A model generated the notes under the pieces. That model made no database searches. It was not told the DNA's origin and saw nothing but the letters and a program-made list of their open reading frames with translations. Shown here one piece after another: positions 1-7,469 of a stretch of 51,105 bases of DNA. Where the stretch lies: the IMG/VR virus record IMGVR_UViG_3300045988_086227; one strand, 5' to 3'. Position 1 is the first letter of the stretch. Each line of letters starts with the position of its first letter. Source of the DNA: a virus. The position numbers and the translations under genes are program-made.

Positions 1-99
1 CCATCCAAGGAGCGATAGATCAGGTCTACGACGAAATCGGACTGGCGCTCAACTTCGACGAGCCGTTCGACCGTATCGAGAAAATGGAGGCAAAAAAGA
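1..99. repeat. Terminal exact direct repeat, copy 1 (identical to 51007..51105)
   Basis: Bases 1-99 (ccatccaaggagcg...ggcaaaaaaga) recur exactly at 51007-51105. This fits a circular assembly overlap or a short terminal redundancy. Confidence 0.95.
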
Positions 100-104
100 C
101 GTGA
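1..104 (+). CDS. 3' end of the junction-spanning hypothetical gene (continuation of 50781..51105)
   Basis: The frame of the ORF starting at ATG 50781 continues across the repeat and stops at TGA 102-104 (...IEKMEAKKT*). Confidence 0.6.
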   Translation, partial: IQGAIDQVYDEIGLALNFDEPFDRIEKMEAKKT

Positions 105-262
105 GTGTGATTCTACTGCTGGCGGCGATGGTGTGCCTTGCTTGCCTGTTTGTCGATAAGCGATAATATGCTACCACTTTCAGAAAATTTTTTCTGAGAT
201 TCAGCCCATATTTCATAGTATTTCATATTGCATCGGTGCTATACTGCAAGTGGATATTTACA

Positions 263-294
263 GCCTGACGGGTTATCTCGTCGGGCATTTTTTA
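263..294 (+). terminator. Rho-independent terminator
   Basis: 8-bp stem gcctgacg / cgtcgggc (one G-U pair) followed by attttttat. Confidence 0.6.
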
Positions 295-339
295 TGCAAT
301 AAATAGGGGGACGCTGCTGGCTTCTGCCACACTTGCGGC

Positions 340-1290
340 GTGGGGTGCGCAGAAGGCGGGAGCTGCGCGGTAAAGATACTATGCGAAAAGGATGTGGTGA
401 CATGGGTAAGTTGCACGAGCGCTACCTCGTACCCACCGTTTTCTGTATTCGATAGCAAACAAGGCTATTGGCAGGATCGGAAGCGCGAATGGAAAGCAAT
501 CGGTCTACAAAGCGAAGTTGGGCGCGACAATGCTCTGCTTGGAAACGGAATGCTGGAGCTTGCGCAAAAGCACGGCATGAGCCTTACCGGAACGAGCATT
601 TTTGACCCTGTTCTGTGCGAGGTCATATACAACTGGTTCTCGCCAAAGGGCGGAATCGTGTATGACCCATTTGCAGGCGGTTCTGTTCGCGGGGTTGTTG
701 CTGAAATGCTGGAACGGCATTATATAGGCATTGACCTCTCGCAGGAGCAGGTGGATGCGAACCAGATGAACGCAGACAAGCTGGGTGTGACTCCGGCATG
801 GCACTGCGACGACAGTAGAAATGCAGACCAATACATACCAGACGGAAGTGCCGATCTGGTTTTTTCGTGTCCTCCATACCACAACTTGGAGAAATACAGC
901 GACCATCCGCTCGACCTCTCCAACATGAATTATTCCGATTTTCTGGAAGCATACAGCGACATTATTTCCCTGTCATGCCGGAAGCTGAAAGAAAATCGGT
1001 TCGCCGTGTTTGTGGTTGGTGACATTCGGGACAGTAAAGGCGCGTATAGGGACTTCGTAAGCACAACGAAGCGCCTTTTCAGAGAGAATGACCTTTGCCT
1101 GTATAACGAGAGCATCCTGCTCGAACAGTACGGGACAGCGCCAATGAGGGCGAGCTTGGTTTTTGGCTCGCGCCGAAAAACGGTGAAAGTACACCAGAAC
1201 GTGCTGATTTTCTACAAGGGCAACATCAAGGCTATTCCTGATGTGTTCGACAACGACTTCCGATGGGCTGACTTGCAGCGTTTTCAGTAG
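340..1290 (+). CDS. SAM-dependent DNA methyltransferase
   Basis: Motif I DPFAGGSVRG is followed about 65 aa later by the motif IV-like FSCPPY. The N-terminal block YWQDRKREW..GLQSEVGR and SIFDPVLCE are recalled from phage DNA methylases. Start uncertain: GTG 340 has no RBS, while GTG 394/397 follow AAAAGGA. Confidence 0.75.
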   Translation: MGCAEGGSCAVKILCEKDVVTWVSCTSATSYPPFSVFDSKQGYWQDRKREWKAIGLQSEVGRDNALLGNGMLELAQKHGMSLTGTSIFDPVLCEVIYNWFSPKGGIVYDPFAGGSVRGVVAEMLERHYIGIDLSQEQVDANQMNADKLGVTPAWHCDDSRNADQYIPDGSADLVFSCPPYHNLEKYSDHPLDLSNMNYSDFLEAYSDIISLSCRKLKENRFAVFVVGDIRDSKGAYRDFVSTTKRLFRENDLCLYNESILLEQYGTAPMRASLVFGSRRKTVKVHQNVLIFYKGNIKAIPDVFDNDFRWADLQRFQ

Positions 1291-1305
1291 AAAGAGGGTG
1301 ATGAT

Positions 1306-1731
1306 GTGGGAAGAGCAAGAAAATTCGGCAGTGCAGCTGCGCTTGAAAAGGCATGGGGAGAATACAAAGCGTACTGTGACAGCAAGACCGTTGCCACAAC
1401 GGCATTTTCACCGAGAAACGGTGTATTTGTTACACAAGAAGTTCCCCACCCCATCACCTACACAATCAAAGGCTTCTGCGCTTACGTCGGCATGACTGAG
1501 GCAGCATTTTACGATTTATACAATAAGGATGAAAAACTTGAGTTGGTCATCGCGCGTATGAAACAGGACTGCGAGATTGATGCGCGAGAGAAGTTTGAAA
1601 ACGGCACGATTGACTCACGCCTCGCCGGTCTTTGGATGTCTCACTACGGGTACACGACAAAGACAGACACGGAAGTCAAGTCAAACGTCGGTGTGACAAT
1701 CATCGACGATTTCGGGGATGATGACGAGTGA
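1306..1731 (+). CDS. terS: Terminase small subunit
   Basis: GTG start after AGAGGGTG. N-terminus MGRARKFG... and a TIKGFCAYVGMTEAAFY HTH-like segment. 141 aa, overlapping the start of terL. Confidence 0.65.
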   Translation: MGRARKFGSAAALEKAWGEYKAYCDSKTVATTAFSPRNGVFVTQEVPHPITYTIKGFCAYVGMTEAAFYDLYNKDEKLELVIARMKQDCEIDAREKFENGTIDSRLAGLWMSHYGYTTKTDTEVKSNVGVTIIDDFGDDDE

Positions 1732-2981
1732 GCGAAGTACGGCTTTCGAGCCTTATTGCAAAGCCGTTCATCCCTGTTCATCGCGACATCAAGCACGGAG
1801 GGCACAGCGAATATTGGCTTGATGGTGGGCGCGGCTCGCTGAAATCCTCGTTCATCTCCATAGAAGTAATCCTGCTGCTGATTCAGAACCCGCTGATGCA
1901 CGCGATAATCTACAGGCGCGTTGGCAATACGCTGCGAGAATCAGTCTATGAGCAGATTATCTGGGCAATTGACATGCTTGGGCTGCACGAACAGTTCCAG
2001 TATCGTGTTTCGCCGCTTGAAATCCGCTACAAGGAAACCGGACAGCGCATTATTTTCAGAGGCGCAGATGACCCGATGAAATCCAAGTCGATTAAGATTT
2101 CCTTCGGTTACTTCGGCATTCTGTGGTTCGAGGAGCTTGCGGAGTTCGCGGGGATGGATGATATTCGCACTATCAAAGCATCCATCATCCGAGGCGGCGA
2201 CCACTCTTATACCTTTTACAGTTACAATCCGCCGCAGACTGCTCGCAACTGGGTGAACAAAGAAGCACTCATCCCCAAAGCAACCCGTCTGGTGCACCAC
2301 AGCACCTATCTGGGCGCGCCTCCGGAGTGGCTGGGCAAAGAGTTCATTGCCGAAGCGGAAGCCCTCAGAAAGGCAAATGAACGCGCCTATCGCCATATGT
2401 ACCTGGGCGAAGTGACCGGCACTGGCGGTCAGGTCTTTACCAATCTCGTGATCCGTGCAATTCCGGACGATGAGCTTGATAGATACGGACGGCGTTATAA
2501 CGGTCTCGACTTCGGCTTTGCGGTCGATCCGGACGCCTATGTGCGCTGGACGTATGATGCAAGGCTACGGAAGATTCTCGCGGTCGATGAGTTCTATGGC
2601 TCTGGCAACTCAATGAGCAGACTTTCTGGTGAGGTTGGTAAGCGTGCAGGTCGTGATGTTATTCGTTGCGACAGCGCAGACCCACGAATGATTTCGGAGC
2701 TGTGTTCAAGCGGTGTGCTTGCGATTGGCGTGAAGAAAGGGGCAGGCAGTGTTGAGCATGGTATGCGCTGGCTACAAAGCCTCGCCGAAATCGTCATCGA
2801 CCCGAAGCGCACACCCAATATCGCCAAGGAGTTCTCGGCATACGAATACGAAACCGACAAGAACGGCGACTTTTTACCATCCTATCCCGATAGAGATAAC
2901 CACACAATTGACGCTACCCGTTACTCGCTGGAAGAAGAAATGGCGAAGGGTATCGTTAAGGCGGTCAGGAGGTTGAGATAA
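1728..2981 (+). CDS. terL: Terminase large subunit (PBSX/Terminase_3-like)
   Basis: Walker A-like GGRGSLKS and Walker B-like ILWFEE. 417 aa, placed between terS and portal. Confidence 0.9.
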   Translation: MSEVRLSSLIAKPFIPVHRDIKHGGHSEYWLDGGRGSLKSSFISIEVILLLIQNPLMHAIIYRRVGNTLRESVYEQIIWAIDMLGLHEQFQYRVSPLEIRYKETGQRIIFRGADDPMKSKSIKISFGYFGILWFEELAEFAGMDDIRTIKASIIRGGDHSYTFYSYNPPQTARNWVNKEALIPKATRLVHHSTYLGAPPEWLGKEFIAEAEALRKANERAYRHMYLGEVTGTGGQVFTNLVIRAIPDDELDRYGRRYNGLDFGFAVDPDAYVRWTYDARLRKILAVDEFYGSGNSMSRLSGEVGKRAGRDVIRCDSADPRMISELCSSGVLAIGVKKGAGSVEHGMRWLQSLAEIVIDPKRTPNIAKEFSAYEYETDKNGDFLPSYPDRDNHTIDATRYSLEEEMAKGIVKAVRRLR

Positions 2982-3121
2982 TGTGCAAACATATATGGAA
3001 AACAGCAGGCAGCCTGCGCGTGTGTCCGCGCTGTGGGCTGACTGTCAGCCTGTTTGACGGCAAGGTGATGCTTGACAAGGCACTACCAAAGGTGCTGAAC
3101 AGGAAGAAGGGCGGCAAATGA
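2981..3121 (+). CDS. Small hypothetical protein (46 aa, CxxC)
   Basis: ATG overlaps the terL stop (TAATG) and its TGA overlaps the portal ATG (ATGA). Sequence MCKHIWKTAGSLRVCPRCG... Too short for the ORF track. Confidence 0.4.
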   Translation: MCKHIWKTAGSLRVCPRCGLTVSLFDGKVMLDKALPKVLNRKKGGK

Positions 3122-4584
3122 GAGACACTTTGTTGAAGAAAAGCCCGGTCAGGTGCAAAAAGCAGAAATACCCGGATTACACAGCCGAGGTAGAAGCACT
3201 GGATGCAGGCGGCATTACGGACGAGCTGCTGCGGCGCATCATCAGGAAGCACCGGTATAACGCTGAATATAACAAGAGCCTGATTGAACGATATGAAGCG
3301 CTGGCAGAAGGCGTTCCGATATTTGACCGCGAGCCGCGCTTTAGTGATGGCGAAGATGCAATCAACCACAAGCTCAACAACGACTTTTTTTCCGAGATTG
3401 TGGACTTCAAGACAGGCTACTTTGCTGGAAACCCTATCGGCTACAGCTACAGCGACACCGAAGAAAGCATGAAGGACACCGGCGAAGCTGGCGACAGCAA
3501 GAGTGAACAGGAAGCAGCCCGCGACGCGGCAAGCAAGGCAATCACGGACTTTGTGACGCGCTCCAACATGTTTGACATTGACATGGAATGCACGAAGTTT
3601 GCAGCCATTTGTGGCTATGCTGGGCGGCTTTTCTACATAGACGAGGACGGCAACGAGCGTGTGATGGTCGTGCCTCCGAATGAGTGCATTATCCTCTCCA
3701 AGACGCGCGACATCACGCAGCCGACATTCGGGGTGCGCTACTACACCATCAAGGACATCAACGACAATAATATTGTCAAGGCAGAGTATTACGACAGCAA
3801 CAGAATCTACTACTACGAGGGTACCAGCGTGAGCAGTTTGACGCTCATCCGGCAGGAAGTGAACCTTTTTGACGGATGCCCGCTCCAAGGAATCCCAAAC
3901 AACCTTGAAATGAAGGGAGACGCAGAGAAGGTTCTGACGCTGATTGACGCATACGACCGTGCGCTCTCCGACAACTCGAACGAAGCTGATGCGTTCGCAA
4001 ACGCATATATGGTGTATGAGAATGTCGATGTGGACGAGGAAGAAGCGAGAAAGTCGCAGGTCAGCGGAGCAATACAGTTCTTCTCGCCTGACGGCAAGGG
4101 CAAGGTGTACTTTCTGACAAAGGACATCAACGACGGCTTTATTGAGCACCACCTTGACCGGCTGGAAGATAACATCTACCGATTCTCCAAAACTCCTAAC
4201 ATGGAAGATGAAGCGTTTGGCACAGCAAGCGGAATCAGCCTGAAGTTCAAGCTGACAGGGCTTGAGACAAAGTGTGGCATGTTTGAGGCAAAGATGATGT
4301 CGGCGGGGACGTACATGTTCACGCTGCTGGCAAAGTGCTGGGCGAAGAAAACAATCAAGATTGACCCGCTGCAATGCGTCATGAGCTTCAAGCGCAACTT
4401 CCCGCTCGACCTTCTTAGCGAGGCACAGGCGGTGCAGGCTCTTATTGCTGCCGGTCTGCCAAAGCGTGTTGCCTTCGACGTTGCCCTCTCCTGCGTCGAT
4501 GATGTTGACTGGGTGATGCAGCAGATCGAAGAAGAAAAGACTGATATACAGATTCCATCACTTACTGATGGCGAGGAGGAATAA
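3118..4584 (+). CDS. Portal protein (SPP1 gp6-like)
   Basis: 488 aa directly after terL. The block LIDAYDRALSDNSNEADAFANAYMVY is recalled from SPP1-family portals. Confidence 0.85.
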   Translation: MRDTLLKKSPVRCKKQKYPDYTAEVEALDAGGITDELLRRIIRKHRYNAEYNKSLIERYEALAEGVPIFDREPRFSDGEDAINHKLNNDFFSEIVDFKTGYFAGNPIGYSYSDTEESMKDTGEAGDSKSEQEAARDAASKAITDFVTRSNMFDIDMECTKFAAICGYAGRLFYIDEDGNERVMVVPPNECIILSKTRDITQPTFGVRYYTIKDINDNNIVKAEYYDSNRIYYYEGTSVSSLTLIRQEVNLFDGCPLQGIPNNLEMKGDAEKVLTLIDAYDRALSDNSNEADAFANAYMVYENVDVDEEEARKSQVSGAIQFFSPDGKGKVYFLTKDINDGFIEHHLDRLEDNIYRFSKTPNMEDEAFGTASGISLKFKLTGLETKCGMFEAKMMSAGTYMFTLLAKCWAKKTIKIDPLQCVMSFKRNFPLDLLSEAQAVQALIAAGLPKRVAFDVALSCVDDVDWVMQQIEEEKTDIQIPSLTDGEEE

Positions 4585-4721
4585 TGAATCTTGATGTACT
4601 TGTGATGATAAAGAAAGATGGCTTGGTCATCAATCGCTTTGGAAGTAAAGGTACGAGCACGTCAGATGATAAAACAGCAATCCTTGGCTTTGCTGTTCTT
4701 GATGTATCTGTGCTGGCATGA
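4584..4721 (+). CDS. Small hypothetical protein (45 aa)
   Basis: ATG overlaps the portal stop (TAATG). Sequence MNLDVLVMIKKDGLVINRFGSKG... No similarity recognised. Confidence 0.3.
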   Translation: MNLDVLVMIKKDGLVINRFGSKGTSTSDDKTAILGFAVLDVSVLA

Positions 4722-4747
4722 TGAATGTACTTATGGAGGATAATGAT

Positions 4748-6460
4748 ATGGCGTATGAAAAACAGAATTTTAAGGGTGGAAATATCCTAAAGGCTGAACA
4801 GCTGAATCACATGGAGGACGGCATTGCAAAGCTCGAAACCAGCGTGATTACCGCCGAAGACCCGGCAGATACCGAAGATGTCCAGTCTTCCGTAGAATCC
4901 ATCCTGAAATCCATTGAGGACAAGGGAAACAATATTCTTGCGCAGATTCAGCAGACGGGCAGCAAAAAAGGACTGACAGTCTATTGCTGGGGCGACAGCC
5001 TGACCCAAGGCATTGGCGGCAACGTCAACGGCTGGCATCTTATCAGCTACCCGCAGGTGCTTGCAGAGCGCTGCAATGCCGTCAACCTCGGCATTCTGTC
5101 TGATAATGTGCCTACCATTATGGCGCGAATGGGCGCGGATGCGATTCTGCTGCCCGCCTGCACGATTCCGGCAAGCTCCTCGGAAAGCGTCGTTGTGGGC
5201 AACACCACCAACGGTATGTCGCTGGAAAGCGGCAGAACCGCCCATCTGCTGAAATACGGCGATTGCGGAATTAACCCTTGCTATGTGAATGATGTGCCGT
5301 GTGTGCTTTTCCGCGATTATGCCAGTGATACGACGGATGGACAGAACATCCGTATCCGGCGGCTGGAGGATGGCGACGCGCTAACCGTGGCGGCGGACAC
5401 GAAGTTGACTACCTACGGCGCGAAGCACTACAAGGGCAACGGGCTGCACATTTTCTGGATGGGCGCGAACGGCGGATACGGATCGGACGCGCAGCACTCA
5501 AATCTCGACTTTAGCGATTATGTGGAGCAGCTGCAAAAGTGCGTCGATTACGTTTCCCCCGCTGACTATCTGATTGTCTATGCGCGGGAACGCAAGGGAT
5601 ACACGCAGAACGAGGCGGAAGAAATTGCGGTGCTGAAGGAGACGTTCGCGGGGCATCTGATTGACCTGCTGCCGCAGCTTTGCGACCGCGGCTTGCTGTA
5701 CGCGGAAACGTCGCAGTGGGACGGCACGAAGAAGAACGGCGTGCCAACAGTGCTGGACAGCGGGGACGGCTGCCACTACAGTTTCTATGGCTACATGGCG
5801 ATTGGCAAGATTATCTGGGAATATGTCGCGCCGCGCGTGCTGAACGCATCCGAGGAAAGCGGCGGGACGGATACTCCCCCGACCGTTGAAAGCGACAGCA
5901 TTGGCGAACTGGCTTATAAGCTGAAAGCGCCAAAAGTCCTCACAAATGGAAGCAAAGCAATCAATACCGGCTTCAAGCCCTTCGCGGAGGGCGCGACGAC
6001 GTGGACGATTGCGGTCAAGTTCGCCGACGGGCTGACCGCGGCAGATGCGACGCAGTGGGGCACGCTGATGTTCTGCGAGGTGGAGACCAGCAAAACGCAG
6101 CTGAAAATCGCCACGCTGGACAGCGGCACGCAGTATCCCGAATGCAATGTCATGTGCAACAGCGGCGGCTTCGCCATCAGCACCGAACAGATGGGGCTGA
6201 CGCTGTACGACAACGGCTACCACACGTTCGTCATCACCAAAAACGACGGCGACTATACATTCTATCTGGACAACAACAAGCTCTACAACAACAAGCTCGG
6301 CTATCCGCAGGCGGGCAACGGCGACGACCCGCTCTACATCGGTGGCTGGGGCAGCGGATGGGGCATGGTCAAGGGTACCATCATGGATGTGCGCATCTAC
6401 AACCAGTGCATTGACGATGCCGCCGTTGATGCGCTGAACAACATTTTTGCGGAAGTGTGA
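4748..6460 (+). CDS. SGNH/GDSL esterase fused to a LamG/ConA-like lectin domain, with a fibre-type N-terminus
   Basis: ATG 4748 follows GGAGGA. GDSL block I VYCWGDSLTQG (GDS at 4991-4999) and block V-like DGCHYS. The C-terminus LYIGG...GTIMDVRIYNQCIDDAAVDAL is LamG-like. Confidence 0.7.
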   Translation: MAYEKQNFKGGNILKAEQLNHMEDGIAKLETSVITAEDPADTEDVQSSVESILKSIEDKGNNILAQIQQTGSKKGLTVYCWGDSLTQGIGGNVNGWHLISYPQVLAERCNAVNLGILSDNVPTIMARMGADAILLPACTIPASSSESVVVGNTTNGMSLESGRTAHLLKYGDCGINPCYVNDVPCVLFRDYASDTTDGQNIRIRRLEDGDALTVAADTKLTTYGAKHYKGNGLHIFWMGANGGYGSDAQHSNLDFSDYVEQLQKCVDYVSPADYLIVYARERKGYTQNEAEEIAVLKETFAGHLIDLLPQLCDRGLLYAETSQWDGTKKNGVPTVLDSGDGCHYSFYGYMAIGKIIWEYVAPRVLNASEESGGTDTPPTVESDSIGELAYKLKAPKVLTNGSKAINTGFKPFAEGATTWTIAVKFADGLTAADATQWGTLMFCEVETSKTQLKIATLDSGTQYPECNVMCNSGGFAISTEQMGLTLYDNGYHTFVITKNDGDYTFYLDNNKLYNNKLGYPQAGNGDDPLYIGGWGSGWGMVKGTIMDVRIYNQCIDDAAVDALNNIFAEV

Positions 6461-6473
6461 GGAGGTGAGCGGC

Positions 6474-7427
6474 ATGGCAAAAATAAAAACACTGTATCAG
6501 AACGGGCAGCAGATTATGCCTGTTACGCATCCTAAGGCGGTCATGGATGATGACGGTGAAACGCTTGAAGCAAAACTTTCCAAAATCAACAAGCGTTTGG
6601 AAGCCTGCGGAAACGGCGGCAGTATGAGCGGACAACTTGTCGGAAGCGCATCTGGTACGTCTGTGTCTGTCTCGGACGCGCTCGCCGCTCCCCTGATGGG
6701 ATTGCGCGTCTGGGGCAAAAGCACGCAGGACGGCGTGCCGACCCCGACCGCGCCCGTGCCGATTGTCAGCGCGGGTGACGGCGGGACGGTGACAGTCACG
6801 GTGTCGGACGGCGCGAACGAATCGCAGACGCTGACGCTGCAAACGCCGAATACGCTGCCGGGCATCCCGGTTTCCTCCGGCGGGAACTACACGGACGAAA
6901 ACGGTCAGCAGTGGGTGTGCGATGAGGTGGACTTGGCGCGCGGGGTGTATGTGCAACACGTCACGAAAATCAAGCTGACATCCTCGATGAAATGGACGAA
7001 GGTTGGAAACAAGGTTGACCGCTATTTCGCGCAGTTTGCCGGCACTTCTGCGACAAACGTTCTTTGCACACATTTTTCTACCAGTGTAGGTTCGGAAGTT
7101 GTCGGCGGCGCCATGACTAACCTGAATCACCTTATCGGCTTTGCATACGCCGATAAAGGAACAACGACGATTGATGACTTCAAGGCGTTCCTCGACGCGA
7201 ACGAGGTATATGTTTGGACGTCGCTGACAACACCCGTCAAAACCGCTCTTTCCGCCGCTGAAATCAGCGCGTACAAGGCGCTGACCACCTATGCCCCGAC
7301 GACCGTCATCAGCGTGAGTGATGGCGCTGGCGCGACGGTGACGTATCAGCGCGATGCCATCCTTGTGATTAAGCGCTTGGAGGAAGCAATTGCGTCTACG
7401 GCGGCAGTGAGTAGCTTATCTATGTAG
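6474..7427 (+). CDS. Fibre-like structural protein
   Basis: ATG 6474 follows GGAGGTGA. The N-terminus MAKIKTLYQNGQQIMPVTHPKAVMDDDGETLEAKL is a motif common at fibre/RBP N-termini. Confidence 0.5.
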   Translation: MAKIKTLYQNGQQIMPVTHPKAVMDDDGETLEAKLSKINKRLEACGNGGSMSGQLVGSASGTSVSVSDALAAPLMGLRVWGKSTQDGVPTPTAPVPIVSAGDGGTVTVTVSDGANESQTLTLQTPNTLPGIPVSSGGNYTDENGQQWVCDEVDLARGVYVQHVTKIKLTSSMKWTKVGNKVDRYFAQFAGTSATNVLCTHFSTSVGSEVVGGAMTNLNHLIGFAYADKGTTTIDDFKAFLDANEVYVWTSLTTPVKTALSAAEISAYKALTTYAPTTVISVSDGAGATVTYQRDAILVIKRLEEAIASTAAVSSLSM

Positions 7428-7469
7428 CATTGATAACGAGAAATCATAATTGTTTGGAGGTGATACGGC

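Noticed and set aside
179-197. Palindrome tcagaaaa-tt-ttttctga and nearby tatttcata direct repeats in the AT-rich region upstream of the methyltransferase, considered as a pac/cos site or late promoter.
   Set aside because: There is no independent evidence such as terminase-binding repeats or promoter hexamers at proper spacing. The elements could equally be incidental AT-rich structure.
273-458. - strand ORF of 61 aa spanning the terminator and the methyltransferase start.
   Set aside because: It overlaps a + strand terminator and gene start, has no RBS and shows no recognisable features.
2965-4374. Long - strand ORF of 469 aa. Similar cases are 5498..6475, 18292..19080, 28971..29843, 38677..40098, 44677..45714 and 46451..47308.
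   Set aside because: All are antisense to well-supported genes (portal, SGNH-LamG, sheath, tail fibre, YqaJ/DUF1351, replication genes). Their sequences are Arg/His/Cys-rich and low in complexity, and they have no RBS. They are shadow ORFs of GC-rich coding sequence.
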